Shown here: positions 19,974 through 30,080 of the stretch, in pieces | How the letters are laid out: each line of letters opens with the position of its first letter | Numbering within the stretch: position 1 is the first letter of the stretch | NCBI GenBank assembly: GCA_965223265.1 | Contig: OZ244999.1 | Coordinates: forward strand, 736,001 to 800,000 | Reading direction: 5' to 3' | DNA: 64,000 nucleotides | From: Planctomycetota bacterium | GTDB lineage: Bacteria > Planctomycetota > UBA8108 > SXIK01 | The notes under the pieces: generated by a model | Databases searched by the model: none | Told to the model about the DNA's origin: nothing | What the model saw: the letters and a program-made list of their open reading frames with translations, nothing else | Position numbers and translations under genes: made by a program

Positions 19974-20477
19974 TCACGATGCCGCAGCATCGTCGTCCTC
20001 CTCCCAGGCGGCTGTGTCGCCAACCTGGATGGATCCACCGACGAGGACTTCGCAGTAGATGCCGCCCCGCCAGTCGGGGTCCATCGCCTGCTGCAATCCT
20101 GGAAACGTTTTCTCCATGAGGCCGCACGGACGCGTCTCGCCGTTAACGCGCAGCTGGCACGCGCCGATGCGCAGCATTCGACCACGAGTATCTGCGAGGC
20201 GTAGCCCGTGAACCATGAGGTTGGCGCGCCGCGCACTGGGATCGAGATCTGCTCCGAGCTCAGCCATCATCTCGCGCCACGCCTCGGCGGCGATGATCGT
20301 CACTTGGCGTTTTCCGCCGCGGTCCGCGTTGCCCTCGATGCCACTACCGGCCTCGAGAGTTGCCGACTCGACCTGATCCATCACGCCGCTTTTAGCGCGC
20401 TTGACCCAGATGGCTTCTAATCCAGCAGCAGCCACTTCAAATCCTCCGGGAGAATGTCGTGATTCTATCGGCGCCAC
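19974..20477 (-). CDS. MOSC domain-containing protein
   Basis: GIEGN, RQVT, RRANL, PCGLM and GIYCEVLVGGSIQVGD; start codon uncertain. Confidence 0.85.
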   Translation of the reverse strand: MAPIESRHSPGGFEVAAAGLEAIWVKRAKSGVMDQVESATLEAGSGIEGNADRGGKRQVTIIAAEAWREMMAELGADLDPSARRANLMVHGLRLADTRGRMLRIGACQLRVNGETRPCGLMEKTFPGLQQAMDPDWRGGIYCEVLVGGSIQVGDTAAWEEDDDAAAS

Positions 20478-20537
20478 ACCGACGTATCCATCTCCGAGCG
20501 CCGTCGAAACGCGCTGAGTGCTACGGCGCGGGCGTGA

Positions 20538-21326
20538 TCAGAAACGTTCGGTCCAGGAACGCGCACCGTACTTCTCTCGAATCAACTCGTCGAGATCAAA
20601 GTCGACGGAGGCGACTCCATCGTCGGGCGACTGTGTGGTCCACGCCGCAGCGATCCGCCCCTTGATGGTGTCAACGGGCAGCGGCACGTTACGGCAGAAG
20701 TCCCGGTGGGTTCGCGAACGCCGGTACTCCGGGGATCGAGGTGGGGGTTTGAGGTAGCGTTCGACGAGCTCCAGATCGAAGTCGTAGAGGATCGTGCCAT
20801 GATGGAGTAGGGCGTGTCGCGTGCGTTTTTGTGCGTTACCGGAGATCTTTCGATCGCCGAGGATCAAATCTGACGTTCCCGCTAGGGCGACGCTCGGATC
20901 GAGTTGTGCAGGCGAGAGGGAGAGGTCGCCGAGCCGATCCGCCACGGTCGTGAGTATCGATCGGTAACTGGCCGTCAGGTCGCGGAGCTCTGGCCGACGG
21001 GCGAGCGAAAGGACCAGAGAAAAATTGAGGCATCCAGGGCCTTGGAGGACCGTGCCGCCGCCCGAAGCCCGCCGCAAGATCGGGATGCCGTCACGGCGAC
21101 ACGCGGGCACGTCAGCCTCCTCGTGAAATCGCCCCGCCACTCCAAGAACGACGAAGTGCGCCGGGCTCTCCCAAAAGCGTATGTATTCGCACTGCGCGCA
21201 GGACTCCGGGGCGGCGAATCGCTCTTCTGCTGCGCGCAGTAGTGCCTCGTCGTAGGCGAGGTTCTCTTCGGGGCAGGTGAATGTTCGGTCGAGTAGCCGC
21301 GCTGCTGCGGTGTTGGGTTCTCTCAT
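20538..21326 (-). CDS. Lipoate-protein ligase A family protein
   Basis: NLAYDEALL, RRASGGGTV, KISGNAQ and HHGT. Confidence 0.9.
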   Translation of the reverse strand: MREPNTAAARLLDRTFTCPEENLAYDEALLRAAEERFAAPESCAQCEYIRFWESPAHFVVLGVAGRFHEEADVPACRRDGIPILRRASGGGTVLQGPGCLNFSLVLSLARRPELRDLTASYRSILTTVADRLGDLSLSPAQLDPSVALAGTSDLILGDRKISGNAQKRTRHALLHHGTILYDFDLELVERYLKPPPRSPEYRRSRTHRDFCRNVPLPVDTIKGRIAAAWTTQSPDDGVASVDFDLDELIREKYGARSWTERF

Positions 21327-21513
21327 CGCGGCGATTCGCTCGAGTTTACCTGTCGTGAGGCTTGTGCACGACCGATCGTGCTGTCGCCGGACCGATCGCT
21401 TCGCCGGCGGGCGGGTCCGGCACGGTATTTGTGTGCGCTGATTGGGCTGCGTTCTCCGTGAAGCAGGGCTTGGGCTGTCCCACTCGAGGGATAAACTTGA
21501 AGTAAGGCTCTAG

Positions 21514-21672
21514 CAGCCCGTTGAAAAAGTCATTCGGCCGAGAAACTGGCCTCTTCACGCCCAGATCGACCGCGGCGAGCCTCGAAAATCTCGGAGATTA
21601 CCTACGTTCGCCGCGGTCGATCTGGACGCGAAGCGACCAGTTTTCGACTCGAAGCACTTTTTCAACAGGCTG
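21514..21672. mobile_element. MITE family A (palindromic, TSD CTAG)
   Basis: TIRs CAGCCCGTTGAAAAAGT / ACTTTTTCAACAGGCTG; CTAG at 21510-21513 and 21673-21676; internal perfect 18-bp stem. Confidence 0.88.
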
Positions 21673-21897
21673 CTAGCATCCGTGTGCGCCGTCGTGCTAC
21701 CGCCGGCCTCAGTTCACTGCCGGCAAAGCAACTCGCGACCGCCAGCAGTCATGCGCTGCAATTTACCCCTTTGCGCCGGCGTCCTCAAATCCTCAGTGAC
21801 GTCGGTCAGCTCGCACGTCATCGACTCTCCTCGGCGTCCTCTCCGGCACCGCCCTTCCTTCCTCTTCCCCATTCCCTCTTCCCCCTTGCTCTGCGTC

Positions 21898-23076
21898 ATG
21901 AGCTCCCTTCCCGCAAGCCGTCGATCTTTTCGGTTCGCGCCGCCTTTGAGTCGCTTGAGTGGCGTCGCCGGCCACGCGTGTGCGACTGCCGTGCTTGCAG
22001 TCTGCTGCATGGGGACGTTCTTCTGCCCACTCCAGGCGCAGGAGGAATTCATCATGGCGGGTGAGTCAGAGGTCGACAGCCCCGCCGACCGGACGTACGG
22101 GGGCGACCGAATCGACGACGTCACGACCGAAGCATCGTCTCCGCCACGAGTCTTCGGACCGCTACCGCTACGCTCTCTCGCCGGGTTGGCGCTGATCTTT
22201 CATCAACCGGTCGGCGAGCGCGCGACGACTCTCGAAGCTGGCCGATGGCGCTTCTCCACCCACCTTCACTACGCGGCGATCGAGGACGAAGGTATCGTCG
22301 ACGAAGTGTCTGTGATGCTCGACGGTGAACTCCTGCGCTGGGAGCTGCAGTCGGAGTTTGGTATCTCGGACCGTTTGCAGATGACGTTCACTCTGCCGTT
22401 CGTCCATACGACAGGGGGATTCCTTGACGATATCATCGACGACTTTCACTCAGCCACAGGCTTAGAGCGATCCGGCTCGGAATTCAGAAACGCCTTCGTA
22501 CAGCGGATTTCCCGCGGCGACGAAGTTGCCTACGCGGTTGACGAGAATGAGTTCACTATCTCCGATCTCTCCATCCAGTTTAAGTATCGAGTGTTTTCAG
22601 AAGATGAAGCACCGGTCGCCGTCGCGACGCGGGTCAGCATCGAACTGCCGACCGGCAACAGCCAGAAGAGTCTTGGAAGTGGCGGTGTCGACGCAGGAAT
22701 CGGCGTCCTCTTGGAGAAGAACTGGGAGAAGTTCAGCGTGTTTTTGAGCGGCGACTACCTTTTCTATCAGCGACCGAATCAGTTCAAGGCAGCGTCTCTG
22801 CAGCTTGAGGATTTCGTCTTCGCCTCGACGGCATCCGTTGAGTGGCGCCCGCGCCCTTGGTGGGCTTTGAACGTCCAGGTCGACTATCTCTCGAACGCGG
22901 TACGCAGCACGGACGTCGGCGAGCTCGAGCAGGACCAGCTCACCGCGTCGCTCGGACTGTCCGTCGCGCTGAGTGACCATTCGACGCTACGCTTAGCGTT
23001 TACCGAAGATCTGACCGGTGCGGCGACCGCGGATATCGCGTTCTACCTTGGGTTGATCTGGGAGCCTGGAGGTTGA
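21898..23076 (+). CDS. DUF3187-like putative outer-membrane beta-barrel protein
   Basis: Signal-peptide-like N-terminus; LDGE, GGFLDDIIDDFH, ELPTG...GSGGVD and TEDL; alternating beta pattern. Confidence 0.7.
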   Translation: MSSLPASRRSFRFAPPLSRLSGVAGHACATAVLAVCCMGTFFCPLQAQEEFIMAGESEVDSPADRTYGGDRIDDVTTEASSPPRVFGPLPLRSLAGLALIFHQPVGERATTLEAGRWRFSTHLHYAAIEDEGIVDEVSVMLDGELLRWELQSEFGISDRLQMTFTLPFVHTTGGFLDDIIDDFHSATGLERSGSEFRNAFVQRISRGDEVAYAVDENEFTISDLSIQFKYRVFSEDEAPVAVATRVSIELPTGNSQKSLGSGGVDAGIGVLLEKNWEKFSVFLSGDYLFYQRPNQFKAASLQLEDFVFASTASVEWRPRPWWALNVQVDYLSNAVRSTDVGELEQDQLTASLGLSVALSDHSTLRLAFTEDLTGAATADIAFYLGLIWEPGG

Positions 23077-23099
23077 TGCACCGGCGGCGCGGGGAGTGT

Positions 23100-23200
23100 A
23101 AGGCAGAGGCAGAGTCGCCCACGCGAACGCTCACGCTCACGCCCACCCTCATGCGAACGCAAAACGCCGGCGAAGATCAAACGCAGTCCGACTCAGACCC
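23100..23200 (+). repeat. Short degenerate bipartite hexamer array
   Basis: aaggca gaggca gagtcg cccacg cgaacg ctcacg ctcacg cccacc. Confidence 0.7.
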
Positions 23201-23544
23201 CGACGCCGCGTCGGCTCGCCCGCGGTGCGGCGCTTTGCGACTCGTTCGCGCAGGCGACAGCGGCTCGGCTCGGGACGTTGCGACGATGAAGGTCGTTGAA
23301 GTACACCCCAACGCCTGTCAAAAAAATGACGGCAAGAAACGCCTTCGGCTCGGTGAATAGCACGCCATTAGCGACATTCGAACCGCGGCGCCAATGATCA
23401 CGTACAGTGAAGTACGCTCCGCGTGCCGCCACGTCTCAAACGCCGCTACTGACGCACTCTTCACCGTTCTTACTCGCCATTTTTCTGCGGCGTTGGGGTA
23501 CACTGTCAAAACGTCTCAGAGTTGATCGCGGGAAGGAGGGCTGA

Positions 23545-24540
23545 ATGCTCGTTCGTGTTCGTCGCGCTTGGGAATCGGTCGCGCCCTGCGAGACCTCGGA
23601 GTCGGCATACTACTCACGTCGGCGATTCATCGGCATGGCTGCGGGAGCAGGACTGGCGGCAGTCGGCATGGGGGACTCATCGACATGGACGAGCGAGGAG
23701 CCTGCGCACGCCAAAGAGGACGATTCCGTTCGCGACGTGGACGCGCCGGCAAAGCAAAAGACGCGACAGCTTTACCCAGCCCCACGCAACGAGAAGTTCA
23801 AGCTCGATCGCGCCATGACGCTTGAAGGGATCGCCACGGCGTACAACAACTTTTATGAGTTTTCGTTTGGCAAAACGGCTGTCGCTGCGCTGGCGCAAAA
23901 GAAGGTGACGACGCCGTGGAGTGTCGAGGTCGCTGGCCTTGTCGCTAAGCCGCGACGATTCGACGTCAGCGATCTCGTGCGCCGGATCGAACTCGAAGAA
24001 CGCCTCTACCGCTTTCGATGCGTGGAAACGTGGGCGATGGCTGTGCCGTGGACGGGGTTCCCTCTGGCCAAGCTTCTCAAGTTGGTTGAACCCTTGGGTT
24101 CGGCGAAATTCGTCCGCTTTGTTACGTTTCACAACCCCGAATGGGGCGACGGATTCAAGGACGATACGTATCCTTGGCCTTACTTCGAGGCGCTCACGAT
24201 TGAAGAAGCCATGAACGAGATGACATTGCTCGCCACCGGGCTCTACGGTAAGCCCTTGCCGAAACAGAATGGCGCGCCGGTGAGGCTTGTGGTGCCCTGG
24301 AAGTATGGTTTCAAGAGTATTAAGTCGATCGTTCGCGTCGAGCTCACGGAGAAGCAGCCGCCAACGTTTTGGAGCCAGGTCGTCCCACACGAGTACAAGT
24401 TTGAGGCGAATGTGGATCCGGCCGTACCGCATCCACGCTGGTCGCAAGCACGCGAACGGATGATCGGTACGAACGAGGTGCGCCCGACGTTGCCATACAA
24501 CGGCTACAGTGAACAGGTAGCGCACCTCTACAAGAAGTGA
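23545..24540 (+). CDS. msrP: Protein-methionine-sulfoxide reductase catalytic subunit MsrP
   Basis: Tat motif SRRRFI; YNNFYEF, ERLYRFRCVE, QNGAPVRLVVPWKYGFKSIKSI and HPRWSQA. Confidence 0.95.
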   Translation: MLVRVRRAWESVAPCETSESAYYSRRRFIGMAAGAGLAAVGMGDSSTWTSEEPAHAKEDDSVRDVDAPAKQKTRQLYPAPRNEKFKLDRAMTLEGIATAYNNFYEFSFGKTAVAALAQKKVTTPWSVEVAGLVAKPRRFDVSDLVRRIELEERLYRFRCVETWAMAVPWTGFPLAKLLKLVEPLGSAKFVRFVTFHNPEWGDGFKDDTYPWPYFEALTIEEAMNEMTLLATGLYGKPLPKQNGAPVRLVVPWKYGFKSIKSIVRVELTEKQPPTFWSQVVPHEYKFEANVDPAVPHPRWSQARERMIGTNEVRPTLPYNGYSEQVAHLYKK

Positions 24541-24576
24541 GCGAAGCCATGAGCCAGCGAGTCTTCTGCACGTGGG

Positions 24577-26868
24577 TCACTCGAGTGGTGACGTCAAGAA
24601 GTCGTCTGGTAGGTGTGCGGCCAGCGCCGCCTTGATTTCCGCTGCGACACCTCGCTCAAGGATGGCTTTTGCGTCCTTTTTGAGGGGCCGGACATCTGAC
24701 GATGCAAGAAGGCGTTTCGTCTCTGGAATCGCTCCCGGTGCGACGCTGAGCGCGTCGATTCCAAGTGCCACGAGCAACAGCGCCAGAGTTGGCACGCTGG
24801 CGATTTCTCCGCACAGACTGACAGCGACGCCTCGGTCCGCGGCGGCGCCGATGACGCGGTCGATTGCACGCAGCACGGCCGGGTGGTAGGGGTCGTCATC
24901 GCTCGCTGCCTTTTCGTTCTCGCGATCGACGGCAAGATAGAACTGCGTTAGATCGTTGGAGCCGATCGACAAGTAATCGACCTCGCTGACAATGTCCGAG
25001 ATGATCTCGACTGCCCCGGGCACCTCGATCATGGCTCCCAGGCGAGGTGGGCGCTCGACCGGCGCGTCCTGCAGTGCGTCGAAGATAAGCTCCTTCGTCC
25101 GGCGCAGTTCAGTCAGCGAACCGACCATGGGAATCAAGATCTGCAGTCGTTGACCGTCTGCTGCTCTGGCGAAAGCGCGTACTTGGCGCTGAAGGATTTC
25201 TGGGTGTCGCAGAAGAAGGCGAAGGGATCTGTAGCCGCGGAACGGATTGCGGTCGGCCTGCAGGGTGTTACCTGGCATGAGCTTGTCACCGCCGAGATCA
25301 AGCAAGCGAAACCAAACGTCGTCGAAGTAGTCGAAGACCTTTGTATACGTGCGGGCTTGTTCTTCCTCGTCCGGGATGCCTTCGCGAACTAGGAAAGGGA
25401 ACTCCGTTCGAAAGAGGCCGACACCTTCCGCACCGTGATCGCGAGCCATCTTGAGGTCGGCCGTGAGACTGATGTTGGCGAGGACCCGAACCCTGCTACC
25501 ATCTTGTGTGCGCGCAGGAACATGGCTGAACTTAAGAGCGATGCTGCGCTCCGCCGTCACTCTCTCGAGTTTCTTTTCGTAGTCGCGCAGGGTCGTTGCT
25601 GTTGGCGAAAGGATCACCTTGCCAGTGTCGCCGTCGACGATGAGCGTGCTTCCCGTCGAGATGGAGCCGAGCGCACTGTCGAGACCACTCACCGCGGGGA
25701 TTCCGAGCGAGCGCGCCAGCAGGGCGCCGTGTGACGTCGAGCCGCCATGCACTGTGATGAGCCCACGCGCGCCTTCGGCCTTGAGTTCAACGACAAGGGA
25801 AGGCGCCAGGCCGGTGGAGACGACGATCTTGTCGGCTTTCGTCGACTCGTCTGCCACGCCGCTCGCGAGATGGCTCACCAGCCGTGTCCGCAGGTCGATG
25901 ATGTCCTCGACGCGCTCCTGCAGATATGGATCGGTCACTCCCCGCAGTTTGGCTGCGAACTGCTCGAGTGCCGCGTAGACCGCGATAGGCGCTGCGATAC
26001 CCTCCGCGATCGAGCGCTCTATGCGCTCGTGGATGACCGGGTCGTTAAGGAGAAGAAGGTGCGACGAAAAGATCAGCGCGTGCTCGTCGTCGGTCTCGCG
26101 CCGAGCGGCCACCTGCAATTTAGAGACTTCTTCCAGCGTTTTTCGAAAGGCCTCTTTGACATAAGACCGCTCCGTGTCCGCTCCCTCGAAAGGACGATCG
26201 AGCAGGTCCAAGTGCACGTCGCCGGATCCACACACCAGAGCGCTCCCGATCGCGATGCCCGGAGCGATGGCCGTGCCATCGAGAACGACTTCACCGCTGG
26301 CGAGCGGTTTGCTGCCTTTCCATGTCCCACTTTGCCACTCACGCACCTCAACGAGGTAGTTCGCACCTTCATGCCCTCGGTCGAGGGCGTCGATGAGTCG
26401 AGCGTTTTCAACGATCCCAACCAACTGGGCCGCAATGGTTGTCAGTGTGTGAACATCGTGTTCGGAATAGGTGCGTTCTTCGCGTGTCTGCACCACCAGA
26501 GCGCCGACCGGACGCGCTCGAATGGCGAGCGGGACGCCGAGGAACGAATGGAACTCTTCTTCTTGAGTTTCGGGGAAGTAGCGATACCCGGGGTGCGCCG
26601 CCGCATCTTCGACCGCCAGAGACCTGAGTTGCTCAACAACGATGCCTGTGAGCCCTTCTCCTGACTCGAGACTGACCTTGCCGAGCGCTTCTTGAGCCAG
26701 ACCGTGCGTGGCGCGGAGCTCGAGTTTGTGGGTGTGTGGGTCGAGAAGGTAGATCGACGCCACGTCGGTCTGCATTTCCTCGGCGACGAGTTGCACCGTT
26801 TGGTTCAAGATGTCGCCCAGCGAATGCGACTTCTGGATCACCATCGAGAGTCGATGAGGCAAACTCAT
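24577..26868 (-). CDS. ptsP: GAF-containing PEP-protein phosphotransferase (EI-Ntr type)
   Basis: N-terminal GAF domain (YRYFPETQEEEFHSFLGVP), TSHGALLARS phospho-His motif, GLFRTEF, SIGSNDLTQF and CGE. Confidence 0.92.
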   Translation of the reverse strand: MSLPHRLSMVIQKSHSLGDILNQTVQLVAEEMQTDVASIYLLDPHTHKLELRATHGLAQEALGKVSLESGEGLTGIVVEQLRSLAVEDAAAHPGYRYFPETQEEEFHSFLGVPLAIRARPVGALVVQTREERTYSEHDVHTLTTIAAQLVGIVENARLIDALDRGHEGANYLVEVREWQSGTWKGSKPLASGEVVLDGTAIAPGIAIGSALVCGSGDVHLDLLDRPFEGADTERSYVKEAFRKTLEEVSKLQVAARRETDDEHALIFSSHLLLLNDPVIHERIERSIAEGIAAPIAVYAALEQFAAKLRGVTDPYLQERVEDIIDLRTRLVSHLASGVADESTKADKIVVSTGLAPSLVVELKAEGARGLITVHGGSTSHGALLARSLGIPAVSGLDSALGSISTGSTLIVDGDTGKVILSPTATTLRDYEKKLERVTAERSIALKFSHVPARTQDGSRVRVLANISLTADLKMARDHGAEGVGLFRTEFPFLVREGIPDEEEQARTYTKVFDYFDDVWFRLLDLGGDKLMPGNTLQADRNPFRGYRSLRLLLRHPEILQRQVRAFARAADGQRLQILIPMVGSLTELRRTKELIFDALQDAPVERPPRLGAMIEVPGAVEIISDIVSEVDYLSIGSNDLTQFYLAVDRENEKAASDDDPYHPAVLRAIDRVIGAAADRGVAVSLCGEIASVPTLALLLVALGIDALSVAPGAIPETKRLLASSDVRPLKKDAKAILERGVAAEIKAALAAHLPDDFLTSPLE

Positions 26869-27416
26869 GGTTCGTTCACCACGTTGAGGACTTGCTTCAT
26901 CCTTCTGCCCGGTTCGTCCCAGTCAATGCGGACTGGTTCGATCCCACGAGACTGGTACGCTCGAAAGAGGTACCGATGCACTCTTTCTGCTTCGGCCGGA
27001 GTGTCCGTGCGTGTGGTCGTTGGCGTGTACTCAGGGCTTAGCTCAAGAAAGAAAACGGTGCGATAGCGTGCTTTCGCCTCGAGCCAAGCGCTCTCGAGCT
27101 CAGGAAATGGACTCAAGCCAGCAAGCTGTAGGTAGCCGAAGTGGTCGCCGACACCGCGATCAACGAAGATAGGGCGAGGATTTTCACCGTGCTCGGCAAC
27201 GGCGGTTCTCTCGCGCTCGAGTTGAGTGGTGAGGACGAGTTGTTGAAACTTCTCGGTGCCGCGCTCGAGGCCGCTCGTCTGGATCACATCAGATGCCGCT
27301 TCGCGCACCGTCCGAAACCCTGCTGCTGCAAGAGCCTCGAGGAGCGTCGTCTTTCCAGCGCACGGGCCACCGGTCAATACGCAGAGGGGGCGGTTTCGGG
27401 TTGGTTGTTCGTCCAT
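26865..27416 (-). CDS. P-loop NTPase (AAA_28 / NadR-like kinase fold)
   Basis: TGGPCAGKTT, EAA and FVDRG; overlaps the ptsP start by 4 bp. Confidence 0.85.
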   Translation of the reverse strand: MDEQPTRNRPLCVLTGGPCAGKTTLLEALAAAGFRTVREAASDVIQTSGLERGTEKFQQLVLTTQLERERTAVAEHGENPRPIFVDRGVGDHFGYLQLAGLSPFPELESAWLEAKARYRTVFFLELSPEYTPTTTRTDTPAEAERVHRYLFRAYQSRGIEPVRIDWDEPGRRMKQVLNVVNEP

Positions 27417-27582
27417 GGGGGTTCACTCTCGATCAGCGCCAGCCCCGCATCGCTTCGACGCGGCGTTGCCGACGCACCGATCTCAACACGTCGAAACGGC
27501 TGTCGAGCAGCTACCGCAGTTTGGACGTGAGGCGCCGGGCATTTGACTTTCGGCGGACTACGCCCGTCGGTGCTCTGTCTCT

Positions 27583-27987
27583 TCACCTCGATCTGAGCGA
27601 ATAGTTCAGCACGTGCGGCAGATGCCCGGTTTTGTCGACCAGGGGGACGACTTCAGCGCGAGGGCGCTTGGCGAGAAGATTGCTCTGCTCGGCTATGAGT
27701 GTCCACTCAAGGGCTGTTGTCGACAAGCTGAACTCCTGCGCCAGTCGCTCGGTGTCGCGACGGGACAAGATTTTTGCTCCGACGACGCGTTCTAACTCCT
27801 CTGGAAGCCCCCGGATGACCTGTGGATACTCTGGTTCATCGGCACACAGGTGCATTTCCAGCGTCTTGTAGGGGCGGCGAATGCCGGCGAGGGACGCAGC
27901 CTCGATCCAGAGCGCGCGAACGAGCTCGTGTTCGACCGCCCAGTCGACCAGCGAATCGACGATTTCGTCCAGCGCCTCGATCTTCAT
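27583..27987 (-). CDS. Hypothetical protein, possibly a degenerate nucleotidyltransferase fold
   Basis: Protein-like composition; VRALWI..S.A...Y..LEM loosely parallels the GS...SDxD region. Confidence 0.6.
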   Translation of the reverse strand: MKIEALDEIVDSLVDWAVEHELVRALWIEAASLAGIRRPYKTLEMHLCADEPEYPQVIRGLPEELERVVGAKILSRRDTERLAQEFSLSTTALEWTLIAEQSNLLAKRPRAEVVPLVDKTGHLPHVLNYSLRSR

Positions 27988-28061
27988 TCCGTAAGCGGTA
28001 TCCAGTGTTCAATCGAGTGGGGGAGGGAACGACGAGCCCAGCGCTCGCGGTGACACACTCA

Positions 28062-28970
28062 TCACGACTTCGGGCTGCGATATCTTTCCGAGTTCGCCTT
28101 CAAGAATCCCCACTCCTCGTCGGTGAGGCTATCCGCACCTTCGGTGGAGATCTTTTCGAGCAACTCCTCGATCCGCCGTGAGATCGCTGCGACCTCCGGC
28201 GACGAGGAGGTTTCGTTGGCGTTCAGCTCTCCGGGGTCGCCAGCGGAACTTCTGACGGCCACCCGCGTTCGCGACAACCGAGGGCGTTTGACGCGGCGAC
28301 TCCAGCGCCTGGCAGACCACAGTCGACTCAAACGCAAATCAAAGCGATAGTGGAGGAATCCGTAGGCCGCACCGGAGAGGTGAGCGAAGCGTGCGACGTC
28401 ATCTTTCTCGCTCCCGATGAGCGCGGCGAGCAGATTGACGGCGACCAAGAACAGGCACAGAGTCCAGACAGGCGCACTGAAGAAGAACAGCAAGATTTCG
28501 CGGTGGGGGTCCATCATCGTGAAGATCACCACCAAGGCGAGCACTGCACCGGACGCACCGACCACGGTCGTGCGGGTGTCGCCTTTGAGCTGGAGCACTG
28601 CGAGCTCGCCCAAGATGGCGACGGCGCCGGCGACGAGGAAGAGCGCCATGAAATCGCGTCTGCCGTACATGCGCTCGACTTCGCGTCCGAAAAAAAAGAG
28701 GAGGAGCATGTTCATCGCGAGATGGAATGCGTCCTCGAGATCGTGCACGAAGTTCGCAGTGAAGGGACGCCAGATTTGTAGGCTGCCGAACACGGTGTTA
28801 GCCGACGCGCCCAGAACCTCCTGCAGGGGGCTTCCCTCGTCGGACGTGAAGATCTCAACGAGCCAAAGCACCACACTCGCGATGATGATGATGCCGACCG
28901 CGGTGCGCGTCCAAGCCTTGAACTGCGCATTGCCGTCTGAGCGGTAATAGTCGCGATCGTGAATTGCCAT
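28062..28970 (-). CDS. Rhomboid family intramembrane serine protease with DUF6576-like tail
   Basis: WR, HLAMNM, GASG and AHLSG; C-terminal LLEKISTEGADSLTDEE. Confidence 0.9.
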   Translation of the reverse strand: MAIHDRDYYRSDGNAQFKAWTRTAVGIIIIASVVLWLVEIFTSDEGSPLQEVLGASANTVFGSLQIWRPFTANFVHDLEDAFHLAMNMLLLFFFGREVERMYGRRDFMALFLVAGAVAILGELAVLQLKGDTRTTVVGASGAVLALVVIFTMMDPHREILLFFFSAPVWTLCLFLVAVNLLAALIGSEKDDVARFAHLSGAAYGFLHYRFDLRLSRLWSARRWSRRVKRPRLSRTRVAVRSSAGDPGELNANETSSSPEVAAISRRIEELLEKISTEGADSLTDEEWGFLKANSERYRSPKS

Positions 28971-28986
28971 GCTGGTTTGTTTGGGT

Positions 28987-29093
28987 TGTCCTACGTCGCC
29001 ATGTTCTATGCTGCGATGTTCTATGCTGCGATGTTCTATGCTGCGATGTTCTACGTCGTGATGTCCTGCCGCAATGTCCTACTCCCACGATGT
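28987..29093. repeat. 15-bp tandem repeat (CTATGCTGCGATGTT x3 plus degenerate units)
   Basis: Read directly, immediately upstream of the rhomboid start at 28970. Confidence 0.9.
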
Positions 29094-29273
29094 GTGGCGA
29101 CATTCTCTTCTAGTTTTATCGTCCGTGCGCGGCGCAATTTCAAGTCCTGCTTTGACCTCGGAAGCGTGCAGGGCACCCCGGCCCGTACACCATCACTCCT
29201 CTCGGGGATGGGCGGTCGGCTCGCCTGTTAGGTTCCGGCGCCTCAACCCCCGAGTCGAATGGCCCTTTAATCC

Positions 29274-30080
29274 TTATTGACGTCGCCGCCAAGGCTCGTA
29301 ACGGCGGTAGCGGCCCATGCGATCTGTGCGTGGAATGACTTGCTGCGCCGGGCTGCGTAGACGGTGGATCCGCCTCAAGAGGAACGCGAACCCGACACCC
29401 ACGACGAATCCGCCGATATGGGCCCACCATGCCACACCGGCAGCGCCGCTGCTCAGAGCGCCCTGAAAGAGCTGTAGGAGAAACCATATTCCGAGAAAGA
29501 CAAACGCGGGGAGGACGACAATATCGACGTAGAAGAAAATCGGGATCAGCGTCAAGACCGTGGCGCGTGGGTAGAGCACGAAATACGCACCCATGACTCC
29601 TGCGATCGCTCCACTGGCGCCGATGGTCGGCACTGGTGACGACGCATTGGTCAACAAGTGAACAGCGCTGGCTGCAACTCCGGAGGCGAGATAGAAGAAC
29701 GAATAACCAAAGTGCCCCAAGCGATCCTCGACGTTGTCGCCGAAAATGAAGAGGAACCACATGTTGCCAAGAAAGTGGAGCACGCCGCCGTGAAGAAAGA
29801 TGCAGGTCAGCAGCGTGAGCCACGGAGGCACCGCGCTCGGTTCAGCGATCCTCTGCACGCGGACAGGACCCAGTTCACGATGATGAACGACTCCGTCAAC
29901 GACAACGGACGCTTCGGGGTTGAAAACTCGTTGAGGGATCATCCCGTAGCGCTCGACGAGCTCATGGCCATCACCGCCACCGGCGAGCTGGAGCCCGAAG
30001 ACGCCAGTCGTCACGGCGATCAGCACGTAGTTGACGATCGCCGGTCGGGACGTTTTGACGTTGTCGCGCAGTGGAATCAT
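29274..30080 (-). CDS. Rhomboid family intramembrane serine protease
   Basis: MIPLRD, FLHGG..H..GNMWFL.IFGDNVEDRLG, GASGAIAG and AHIGGF. Confidence 0.93.
   Translation of the reverse strand: MIPLRDNVKTSRPAIVNYVLIAVTTGVFGLQLAGGGDGHELVERYGMIPQRVFNPEASVVVDGVVHHRELGPVRVQRIAEPSAVPPWLTLLTCIFLHGGVLHFLGNMWFLFIFGDNVEDRLGHFGYSFFYLASGVAASAVHLLTNASSPVPTIGASGAIAGVMGAYFVLYPRATVLTLIPIFFYVDIVVLPAFVFLGIWFLLQLFQGALSSGAAGVAWWAHIGGFVVGVGFAFLLRRIHRLRSPAQQVIPRTDRMGRYRRYEPWRRRQ

Noticed and set aside
23193-23432. Small minus-strand ORF with a hydrophobic stretch
   Set aside because: No SD or family motif, and its 3' end runs into the hexamer tract; cannot be supported.
28987-29093. Possible CRISPR array
   Set aside because: Contiguous 15-mers with no spacers, and no cas genes in the window.
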